Source of the DNA: Klebsormidium nitens
Lineage: Eukaryota; Plantae; Klebsormidiophyceae
Assembly: GCA_000708835.1 (NCBI GenBank)
Contig: DF237409.1
Coordinates: 1 to 64,000, forward strand
Direction of reading: 5' to 3'
DNA: 64,000 nucleotides
The notes under the pieces are model-generated. The model saw only the letters and a list, made by a program, of their open reading frames with translations. It was not told the origin of the DNA and searched no databases. The position numbers and the translations under genes were made by a program. Of this stretch, positions 30,317 through 41,540 are shown one piece after another (the stretch's first letter is position 1; each line of letters opens with the position of its first letter).

Positions 30317-31714
30317 ATGGCTTCCGAAACTGATGCTGAAGAAGACTTGATGGAAGGTGAGGGGAGCCTTGGGTTCAATTTGGTTTTCAGCGTTGTTGAT
30401 GATGATGCATGAGCTAAACTGGAAGACGTCACATAAATGTCTTGACAGCGGTCATTGGTATGTAAGACTTTCTTTAGCGATAGCCCCGCTTTTGCCAGAT
30501 TGCCAACAAAGTGGGTACAAGGTTTTGTGAAGGCTGCTTCATGAGCAGGGATCTTACAGTTTGAAGGCTGGCCCTGCAGCCTGCCCAGTTCCGATGAGCC
30601 ATACCCAACTTCAAAATCACTTGTCCAGGTCTTGATGCGGCCCGCGGCGCTGACGACGATGATTTGTACGGTGACTTGTACGCTGATGTTGGTCAGGGGA
30701 AGAAAGTCCTCAAGACCGAATTGCAAGAGGTGCAGAGACAACCGATTGGATTTGGAGAAGAAAGAGAACCTTTCTCTTACTGCAAAGAAGCAAATGTTTT
30801 TGCTTTATACCACTAGAAATCTCACAACCCAACGATCCGTTGATTGATTGCTGCTAGTCCATTTTGGCGTTGTTGGTCTGGCTTACAAAGCATCTGTCAC
30901 TGTTTGATATTTGATGTTTCATTGTTTGATGCTTGTCATTGTGATGATTCATTCTTCATTGTGGTGTGAAAGCTGATGCATCAAGTGATGCTTGGTAGAC
31001 GAGTTTTATTCAATCCCCTTTCTGGTGGTGTAACACTCCAGTTGGAGGAGAGGTATGAACGCAGCCAAGCTCAAGTACAGGAGTTGGAAGAAAAGGTGAA
31101 TCGTGTTTTCCTTGTATGCAATGACACTGAGGAGGCATGTCGCTCGAAGCTGCGCAACTCTTGTGAAGCAATCAGATGGTTCATCCGCTGCCAACAGCCA
31201 CCTTGTGAATTGAAAGTCCGCTTGCCAAGGGGAGATTGATGACGCATCTGAACAACTTCATGATTGTCGAGTGCCCTTGGGAACTGATCAGGGATATAAG
31301 ATGAAGGCATAGCACTTTTCTGAGACGTTGCGCTAGTTCTGATGGGTCTCCTTGCGCCCTGCGACAGACTGCAAAGCTTGAAAACGAACGAAGGATCCTC
31401 ATCAAAAACATATCCGCCCTTTTCAAAGTGAGTTCGGTTCACGCCTGCCACGCCTTTCTGCTGTGTTGTTTTGTATGCTCCTACTGCTGTCTGCAAATCC
31501 TCATTGCAGCATGAGCAAGCCTGACGTTCGTCTGATGGTTCTCAATCGACCGAATGATTGAGAGACATAGTGTCTCTTCCTGACCGTCGGATCCTCCCAG
31601 CTCACACGAATGCCCTCTTAACTAAGAAACGGCTGGGATTGTTTTCTGTTCCAGACCGCTCAGATGGAGGTTAAGCGAAAAGACGTGCAGATTAGCGAGC
31701 TTCGGCAAGAGTGA
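30317..31714 (+). CDS. Small (~104 aa) coiled-coil protein resembling the N-terminal domain of FLASH/CASP8AP2
   Basis: Five in-phase exons 30317-30356, 30629-30729, 31042-31095, 31368-31427, 31655-31714 give MASETDAEEDLMEGLDAARGADDDDLYGDLYADVGQGKKVLKTELQELEERYERSQAQVQELEEKTAKLENERRILIKNISALFKTAQMEVKRKDVQISELRQE*. The KNISALFKTA..E..RKD..I motif matches my recollection of the FLASH N-terminus. A GTGAG donor near the stop could add a further exon. Confidence 0.75.
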
Positions 31715-33553
31715 GGAACCTGCAGTCTTGAGATCTCCCAGTCTGATTACTCTCACTGCTGCAGATGGAAGTCTTGGGATGTTTGGCTTTCTCAGCGAGC
31801 TTCGACTTCAAAAACTTGCTGGTCTTTGAAACAAAGACGTTCTTTCCATTTGTCTGGTGGCTTCTATTCACAAACCATCAAACGCTGGACTTTGTTACAG
31901 ACCATCGCGCATGACCTTAATGTCTGGAAACCCCTTGCTTTAACCGTCCTGCCTAAAGTACTAGAGATGGACGCTAAAGGACACGTCAAATACCCCTTAG
32001 TAGTCGGCCCTTGTGTGCAGCATGGCAAAGGCGAGAGCTTACATTGAGTCGAGGCTGACCCGTCCAGCTTCTCGAGATAAGGAACGAGGGGGATCCGTCA
32101 AGCCCGAAAACCGAGGGGAGGTGAGGGTCAGTTCGGTTGATTTGGGACTCCCTTTCTGCTCCGTTCCCAGCCGCTTCTTTCTTTCCCTCTCTCTCTCGTT
32201 CCTATGTCGTTCCTCAACACCCATGATCGATGCAAGCGCGCTGCTTGTCATTCTTGAAGACCGAAATACAGGACAACGCATGTCGATTCAGCGCAGCGCT
32301 GATTGGTTTGGAAGGCCGTCTTAGCACCTTTTCAGATCATGGTTTCGGTTCGCTCGTTCAGTCGATATGACGGCCTAACTTCTTAAAGGTTGCTCGTTTC
32401 ACCGCGGAATCGAGTCTGGACTCTCTTGATGTCGTATCATCGTTGTTTACAAGTCGACGTGCGTTCTCGGAGGAAGCAAAAACCTCATAACCGGGGGTAG
32501 ACGTGCAAAACTAGATGCTGCAGAGGGTTGATCTTAGGCAGGGTAACGAAGAGATTCTTTTCAACGATCTGCAGAGGGAGCGGAGCCGGTCTGTGGACGT
32601 TGCTGGGGTTCGGCGGGCCAACGAGAGTCCTTCAGGAGAGCCGTCAAGGCATCGTCCCAGCCAAGGGCCGGACTCCTCGTCCCGTTTTCGAGATAGGCCC
32701 GGATAGGCACGCGAACTATGTCAGAACTAAGTTAAACACCAACTTCAAGTTCAAGATTCTGTACCCTGCGCAGCCGAGTGTCTCTGCAGTGAAACTTCCT
32801 GGACATTGCATAAAGTGCGGTATCGGCGTGTCCCGTATGGCCTGTACGGTGATCAAGAAGGTTTAGTGCCGAGGGTTGCTTGACCGCATTTTATGTGATG
32901 AAGACATGCAAAGAGTGCATTACACTTGCACGCATGAACATCAACGGTTTCGGCCCAATTCCATCCATCTATGTGAGATAGCTATATGTATATCTTAGGC
33001 GCCGCGGAAGACCTAGGATGTGCTACTGCGCATGGTTTTTCTCTGCTTGATTCATCTTAGCACGCGGATCGCTGCCCATGCGCAAAACTCTCAGTTGTAC
33101 GATCCGCAGAGGTGTGACCCAGCTCTATTACATGTACACACGTATACATGGAATCTGCATGACAACGTTGAGAAAGCGGCGTCGGCTCCCACATGCCGAC
33201 GCATGGAGCTTCAAAGCACTGCAAGCGCTTCACAGACCTAGGTGGCACGACTGTCCGACACATACATCTATTTGTAATTAATTAAATTGATAAATTAATT
33301 TGGGCGAGTCAAGATGGTCGTATGAGTTAGTGCTCAGCTTTATGCGGGACCAAAGTAGCACTGCACAACAGCACAGGTGAGATCGAAAGCCAGTCACTGA
33401 ATCGAAGAAAGACCTGTGAGACGTTACCAACGGCCAAGCTATTATTTACATGAATTCCCCCTCGGATAGTCAGAAGACCTAAAGCGATTCTATCCTACAG
33501 TATGGAGTTCGCTGTCGATAAGATTTGCTGATCCTTGCCAACCCCTATAAGTA

Positions 33554-36500
33554 CTACCTTGCTTTCGCATACTCCAGTCCAGTATCTAAGATAGCAGGCA
33601 GTTGCTTGAGCGAGCTCATTTGCGTATACAACATCGGCGTGCACCCCTGCGACATAGCTATGTCGCTTTGGCCGCCACTACTATAGCTACCCCACACCAA
33701 CCCCGTACCGCTCGCCTTTACCCCTTCCGTCATTTTAGTTGCCGCATTACTATCCGGTGTCCTTCCAACATCCATGCTTTTCGCGCCCATATGCGTATAC
33801 TCCTCCTCGTCACTTCGTTCTGCGTCCCCGTGATCGCCCCGCTCAGACGAACAGGTCTCCTGGAAGCCTTCGTCGTCGTCCTCTTCCTCTTCGTCCTCGT
33901 CTTGTGGCGCGCCTCGAGGCTTCCACTCGTTGTAATGTTGCTCCACGAATCTGCGCACAGCAACAGCTTTTGGTTACAGCACTACACAAAGCTTTCAGCG
34001 GAGCAACGAGGTGAGCTCTCTGGAGAGGGAGGGATCCGAAGAAAAACAGGAGAGAAAAGCGTCCCACGGTTCTCCGTGTCAGTCGTGTCTTGTGGATGAG
34101 CCGTTGAATCTGGCGGCTTCCAGACTCGAGCATGTTCCGATCGAGGGCAAGAGTTTCTCCAAAGCATCAACCAATGGGAAAGAGACGGACTACAGAGCAA
34201 CGCCAACAGGACAGAAGCAGCGGCAACAATTATCCACACCAAGATCCGGACGACGAGCTCAAGAACGGCAGCGGAACAGAAACGGAAGCAGAACGATATA
34301 GTGGGCGCTCACTTGAGGGACGCGGGCAGCAGGTAGGGATCGAACGGGAAGAACATGTCGAGCTTGTTGTGGCGCACCGCCCCCGGTCGCCCCTCGGACC
34401 GCTCGTTGCGCTGCAGGACGTCCGAGCAGTCTAGCAGGTCGAAAGCCGCGGCCTGGGCGCAAAACTCCTTCACGACCGCAGGCAAGCACACCTGTACGAG
34501 GAAGAAAGCCGAGAGTCAGAAGGAGTGTGGTACAATGGTCGTCACGTGAATCAGAACTCCAAGTACCATCTCTACGTTATCCTCGAGAAGGTCGGGCTGA
34601 TTTTGACTGCAATGAATGCGGTTGGGGGCGCATGAGAGAAGCACCGGACCCTGCAAACCTGCTTTTCAACAGGTCGGAATCCTCGCCCGACTCGCCTCCC
34701 AAAGCTTCACAACACGTAGGTCCTGAACAGCAGCAGCGACCGTTCGGATCCATCTGAGAGCCCTGGGCCCGCCCTAGACCACAATCTTGCAAGCGAACCA
34801 AGACTGTCGAATCCACTCTGCGTCGACAGCCCCTGACGCTGGACGTCCGAGCTTGTCAAGCGGTCTCCTCGCGTGACAGTGCGCGAGTTGGCATTTACGC
34901 CAACTTCACCGCAGTCTTGACGAGAACTGCGTTCATTGTGGGCTCACCTTCATTGGGTTCAACGCGTGGTGCACGATCTCGCGCAGCGGCATCTGTTGCA
35001 AGGCCTTGCTCAGCACGGGGTCCTTGCTGAGGGCCTCCATCCGGTAGCACAGAATGTAAAAGATGGCCTGCGGGAAACGATCGTTTGAATCAATACAAGG
35101 CCTTCGGAAGGGCAGGCTGTCGCACCCTCACCGCTACGGCCAGCTGCATGCCTAGAGCAGGATGTAAAGACTGCACCAAGTCGGGGGCCGTCAATCTTCA
35201 TGGTCTCTCCAATCTTTGCATACAAAGTTGGACATTGCGCCAAAGCAAAGAGCGGATAAAGACTAGGGCTTGAGTAAGAACGGAAATCTAAGGAGTGGAA
35301 GCGGACAGGCGTCGGCAACGACTTTTCACGATGGCGGGGCCACTCGGTTGCCAAAAAAACGCATATGTCGCTTTGTTACCTCTTGGGACGACTCTGTCCA
35401 TCGGGAGCTGCTGCTAGCACTTCACAATAGAAGTCTCTATCCCGTTCAAAATCAGGCTGTGCCACGCCAGAGAGGCTTGCCCAAGTGTGGGTAAGAATCA
35501 AATGCTTGACATCCTCCTAGCAGAATGTCCTTGAGGAAGGAGCTAAGCCCTCACCTGGCAGGCCGAGTAGAAGACGCCGTGCACGCCCGCGCCTGGCGGG
35601 AGACTGTCCGGGTTTGCCATAAGGAGGTCGCCGACGCGGGATGATGCCAGCATGCGGACGTACGAAACGGCCCAGTCCGAAAGCCTGCTCAAGAACGAGG
35701 CGAAGCCAAATGAGTGCGCCAATTAGTGAAAACCCGGAAAGGGGTTCCAGAGAACATTGGGTCCCGGTTGAAGGTGACGTGCGCCCCGTAGAACAACCGT
35801 CCGAATTGTGCTGCAGTCTGAGGCAGCGAGGAAACAAAACAGGGATACGACTGGCACAGCGCTGACGCAGTAGCGTCTGCAGAGGTTGCCGGGGACGAAG
35901 CTCGGCAAGCTACGCCGGACACAGTATCGGATACGCCTTGCGAACCTCAATACCATTCTGCGGAAGGTCGATTGAAGCGGTTCTCGGCAAGCAGCCGCTC
36001 ACCTTCGTAGGGAGCTTGACACGACTGAGAGGGGCACATAGTCGGCGCGGGCCAGGAAGCTGGCCAGATAAGCCGCTCCTGCCATCCTGCAATTTGCACA
36101 GCCGTTGTAACTCGTCAGTGTTTGTCCTTACGAGAATACCCAGATCCTCGAGGTTGAGCAGTGAGCTTGGTACAGAGAGGTTAGCGCTCTGTGAGATTTA
36201 AAGCCCTGCAACAGCCCTGCAACAGCGCGCTTTGAATTGACTTCTATTCGCAGACTCAAGGGCGTTCGCAGACTCAAGGGCGTCGCGAAACGAGACCCAC
36301 AAACGCCACGGGAGAATGAAAGGACGAGGAGACCGCGTAGAAGGGAAGGCCGAAGGCTTGCACAGAGGCTAGCTCAGTAAGATGCAGACATTGTCAGCAG
36401 CATCGAGAAAGAGAGCTTCTGCTTCGCAGACTCAACAATGTTGCAAACAAGACCCGACAAGAGTTCACCACAAGACGTAGACAGGAGTACGTAGAAGAGA

Positions 36501-39500
36501 CATACCAAAGCTTGCCAGGATTTAGGAAAACGCGGAAGCCTGACCTGGTTTTGTACGAGTTGGAGGGAGCGGCGACCGTGGCCACCAGGAGGTCTGCAAA
36601 GGCGGCACTTAACCGGGGAGGGTCCAGCGAGCACAGGTAGAACAGCAGGAACTGCAAGACAGCGAAGCAGCAATTACTATGGAGTGGACAAGCTGCCCCA
36701 TGGGTGCCGCTTCCTCTGACTCTCCTCTCAAGCCGTGGTAAAGAAAGGGATGAGGTTGCGAGGTTAGCAGCTGCAAATCAAAGAAAAATCTAGCAACCGG
36801 CGTTACGGGGCGTTCAAACAGATCAGTTAGAGCCCTGCACACAGTGTGGCGCTGGAGGTATACTTGGGCAAAAGAGCATGAAAAAGCTTTCATTCTTCTG
36901 ATGCTACCTTTCTCGTGCCCACGCGTGCCCAGTTGACAATGTTTTCAGCAACAACTGTGTTTCTCGGCTCTGGTTCCCCGCATAGAAATCAATGCACCCC
37001 AAAACCTTTTCTCGCTCCCCTTCGTTCCGCCTTTATGAGAATATCAGTGGATGAATAGCGACTGGCAGACGCGCGCAACAATCCTTCCAACCCTTTCCCT
37101 TCTCGTTCTCTCGGACTTGTCTAACCCTAAGCCTCCCTTCCAGTCTTCCCCTCACCTGCGTGAACTTGGATCGGTATGTATGTAGGATCGTCGTCTGGAA
37201 CGAGTGCAGCAGCGTCTCGAACGTCTCGTCGAGCCGACCGTGCGCCGCCTGCCGCTGCAGGTGCTCGAACGTGAGGCACATTAGCGCGTCCATCTTGTCC
37301 GCCGTTTCGTCTAGCGGGGGCGGCTCCTTGGTTCGCGCAGGCGGGTGCTGCAATCCGACACAGATCACAGACGTCAGGAAGTGCGCTTAGAATGTTGCTC
37401 GAGTGTAACTTGTAAGTGTCGCCTTAGTTTTGCCCAGGTGTTGCCTAAAGTTTTGCCTGACTGAACAAGGTGAAGCAGCAGAAGTATCTAAGAAGCCGTC
37501 TCGTCCGGGGGAGGGGGTTCCTTGGTCCGTACTAAGTGTGCTGCATCGTAAGAGAGGTCGTAAAAACTTGTATGGATAAGCAAGATATGAATCTCAGACG
37601 CCATCCCAATACAAGGCAACACAGACCACACATATCGTTTACAAGCAGTCTCTTTGGCCTGCATTGCAAAGCCCCAGCTGATGTCTTTCACACACCTTTC
37701 TGGAACAAGGTCTCTTAATCTCTGTGGCGTTTTCCTTTTTGCGACCAAGCTACCTCCAGGAACGGCTGCATGCCAGCCAGGAATCGCACCCGAGCAGAAG
37801 AGGAGAAACTGTACCTCTTTTCGCATAGCGTCGTCCCCGTGCTCGTCCAGGTCCACATCAAAGTGCAAATCGTCCTCGTCGTCTGAATCGGCCTCACGCT
37901 CCTTTTCCAGAATGTCCTCCCACTTGATCTCCACCTGAAGCCCATGCGAAACCCAAGTTCAGAGGTGAGATAGCGGTTCAAGTGTACAAACGAACGACGG
38001 TCACAAGAGTCTGATGCGGACGTCCGTCGCCAATGACTGCTGCTCTTTTGTGACGGTGCTTCTAGATGTCTCACCCCCACCGTCCATCTACTCTGCTGCC
38101 TGTCTACAAAATACTTTCCAGACAATAACAGAACCTCCTGGCAACGCTTTTCCCAAGAAATTAAGAACCATGAAGCATTCCTGGCCGCATGCGTGTTGTT
38201 GAAAGCAACTGCTTATTCTCAAAATCTTTAAAAAGTAACGTTTGCAGAAGCCGAGTGCTTAGGACTGACTATAAGCTCCGCCCGAAACAATCGGGTGACG
38301 GGACCACAAAACGGCTTACGTCGACTTCGATGAGGTGATCCACCACAGCAGTCAGAAGCTTGTCTCGAAGCAGATCCCCCTTCTTGCCGTCGGCCAGCCG
38401 AAACATGCTCTCCATGTAGTTGCCCTGAACCTGCAGGATACGAAGGACCACACTAAGCGGCTTGTTGCAGCCTGAGCTGTTCTACAGCAAGAAGAACACT
38501 TTCAAACTGCTGAGGTCAGTAGGCCTCGGGCTCTGCAGGACCTGCCTTGAAGGTGTTGCCGAATACAAAACCTGCTCCTGAGAGCCCTCCGTGGAAGTAT
38601 GGAGGGCACAAATTCGCAGAACCCTGACCTGAAACCTGCTAAACCTGGAAACTTCAGCAGGTGTTATCACACACCAGCGAAAAGGTGCCCCCAAATCCTC
38701 TAAAACTGCAACATGAACGATTCACGGCAGCTCACCTCTCGGTCCAGGCGCTTGTGCGGCATCCTCCGCAGCACAATCGGCTGCAGCCGAGACGTTGCAA
38801 TCGGCACCAGATCCATCAGCCGCTCCAGGGTCTTATGCACCGCCCCAAGCACCGCCTCTTTCCTCGCAACCTGCGCTTCCAGCACGTCTGACGTGACCCG
38901 CGCCCCTGGCTGGAGCGCGGGCGGGAGGAAGTTACGCACGAGCATGTCGAGGCAGAGGGGCAGGCAGCCCGCCGTGTTGGCAGACGCCTGTGGAGGGGGG
39001 TAAAGAAACATCAGTGTGGAGGGGGGCTAGAAAAGTTTACAGTGGAGCGCTGCAAACATTTGAAAAATTGCAAGAGCGAGTGATTGCTATAGATGATAAG
39101 GGGTGAACCAAGGAGAACAGGTTCTTGACAAGATCGAAATAATTTTTGTGTGCACACCGATCATCGCGGCCAAATTTTTGACTTCTTATCCGATCTTACA
39201 TAGGTTGCCCTTGAACTTCAAAAGATGCTCCTGGAGCTTGAAGTGAATACGAAAGGGGCAACCCTTCCAAGGCTTTCAGAGAAATCCCGCTCGCTTACTT
39301 CAACTGCCTTGCCAAGATGCAATCTCCCTTGAACTCCGCACATGCTGGGTGAACCATCTAACAATCGTCTGTTTAGGTTCACCGCGAAGGCCTTCTAAAC
39401 CACCAAGGCCCCAGAGTCTCTGATGAAACAGTGTGTGTTCCTTTCGATGCATGATGAAACAATGCCAGAGGATACACTGGGACACGATACACTGGGACAC

Positions 39501-40869
39501 TTCCGAGAAAAGTAAACAGAAACTCACCAGATTAATCGCAAAGTCCAGCAGTGCTGCGTTAGCCTCGTCTGCTGAGATCCATAGGCTGCCCCCGAAGACC
39601 TGCATCAAGGAACAGGAATCTTGAGCCCGATGCCAAAACGAAAAAGATCAGGCAACAACCACTTGCAACATTGCAGACACTGATTCACAAAAGCACAGGC
39701 GCAATGTCAGACAAGTACAATTGCTGCAGTCCTTTCCAACCAGCTTAGCTGCATCCTTGATTTGAATATCAACTCCAGATGATGATGAGAGATGATGAAT
39801 ATCAACTCCAGATGCACAGCACACACTGCTACTGAAGAATGAACACAGTAATCTTTTTTTTTTTCCAACAGACAGCCGATACCCAACCTTGTAACCTGTA
39901 CATTTTCAGTCCACCGAAAGTACTTTCCAGATCAACTGACACCCGCAGACTAACCCAATCCCTAGGAATGAGGAAGCTTGAGTCGGCAATGAAACCTCAC
40001 CTTCAGCAGGAGCGCCTCATGCGCACGCTCGTCCAAGTGGGACACGCTCTGAGACAGGACCTTCAAGACAGCCTGCAAATAGGTGATGGTAATAAGATGC
40101 GTCTTTGGCCAAGTGCTGACTTTCAAATGTAATATCTTATGAGGAATTTCAAAGAATGTTACGGAGCAGGAAACGATGGTGCTGAACACTCTCAGACTGG
40201 CAACGCACCACATGGTATCACATGCAATTAGTTTGCAAGCACACGCTGGTGACAAGCAACTTGATTTTCACACTCAACAATCCCTTGCAAAACCCTAAAA
40301 TGTCGATGTCAGAGTTTCGTGACAACTCACCACATCCTCCCGTATCTTTTCAGCCTCTCCAATCAGCTGGTTGTACTGGGTTGAGGGGCCCTACAGATCA
40401 AACACCAATCAGTGGTCGCATTTCTGCACAACCTGGACTACCAAGAGATTGGGCAATCGAGGCCTTCTCATCTGCCACCATGCAGATTGGAAGGCGTGCT
40501 TAATCCTCTTTTAAAGAGCTAAGATGACTCTAGTGCGTACTCTGTTTGATGTGGTGCCTCATCTAAGGTACTGCTACTCCAGCAACCTACAAACCATTAC
40601 CATATATACTCGCTCCATCGTACCCTAGTGGAACCAGGATATACTCCATCAAGCTGATCCTGGATTTCACGAAACTCCGCACAGCTATGAGAAGTATGTC
40701 CAATATGCAATTGGTATCCGTATAAATCAGGTATGTTGTCACGAAGCTGCACAAGAGGACTCACCTTCAATCTCTCTGAAAGTGCAGTCAATATCCACTG
40801 CCGGAGCAGCTTCGATCCTGCCTGCAATGGCAGAATTGTCCCGGACGCTGGAGGCATCTCCATCGCCAT
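33554..40869 (-). CDS. RRN3: RNA polymerase I transcription initiation factor RRN3, multi-exon
   Basis: Exons include ~40070-40000 (AVLKVLSQSVSHLD), ~39600-39530, ~38995-38735 (LVPIATSRL..RRMPHK), ~38430-38320 (LIEVD), ~37934-37815 (VEIKWEDI), ~37348-37166 (DKMD..HTYRSKFTQ), ~36655-36540 (FLLFYLC), ~36087-36002 (AYLASFLARA), ~35684-35555 (VFYSACQ), ~35072-34950 (AIFYILCYR..NPMK), ~34491-34312 (VCLPAVVKEF..FFPFDPYLL) and the acidic last exon to 33554. N-terminal exons are approximate. Confidence 0.92.
37488..37540 (-). pseudogene. Degenerate intronic copy of the start of the next RRN3 exon
   Basis: tgcag CACACTTAGTA CGG ACC AAG GAA CCC CCT CCC CCG GAC GAG ACG GCT TCT TAG, versus the true exon ttgcag CAC CCG CCT GCG CGA ACC AAG GAG CCG CCC CCG CTA GAC GAA ACG GCG about 190 bp downstream. 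Confidence 0.6.
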
Positions 40870-41540
40870 CAGACACGACCAGCATACGAAGGGACTCTTG
40901 CACCGTTTCTACAGGAGGGCACCCAAAGGTCTCCTAACCGCAGTCTAAGCGACCCAACCGGCTGCCTCCTGCTCTTTGAAGATAAGGCACGAACTAGGAG
41001 GCAACCAACGGCCAACCTACCTAATCTCCTTTGGGTTCACTAGTACTTGGCGCCTACCTACCTTCAAAACTTCCTTCTCAGAGAGAACGTTTTCTGAGTG
41101 CGTTGATCAGCAGTGCAGCTACTCTGAGCTGAACTGTGAAGGGATCCCGCATTCCGACGGAACCGCCCCGGAAAGAGAGCGGAAGCCGGCCATCTTTGAA
41201 GGTTGAAAGTTTGAGGCTGAATTCGTCCAGCTAAAATTGGAAAGCTTGCTGAAATCCATCCAGAGTGAAGAAGAGGGAAGGGCGCCGGCAAGCAGGCTGC
41301 AGCAGCAGCACGACTACTTTCTGATGGTGAAAATGGTGACGCAAAAAACGCAAATTCATGCGTGGCTCCAAGATTCAGCTACTCAGAGATAGCAGGCTCC
41401 ATTGCCAGTCGCGACCAGAGGGAGGATCGTAATGGTGGAATGTGGATCTGACCTCCGACCCTGAACAACAATCAATCGCTTCTGTCCAATTAGAAGTCCC
41501 TGGACGCCTCTTTTCAGATACCTTTGAAGCTCTTGGCAAC

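Noticed and set aside
33602-34099. 165-aa plus-strand ORF with a hydrophobic stretch
   Set aside because: Antisense of the acidic last exon of RRN3; GAx codons read as hydrophobic residues on the other strand.
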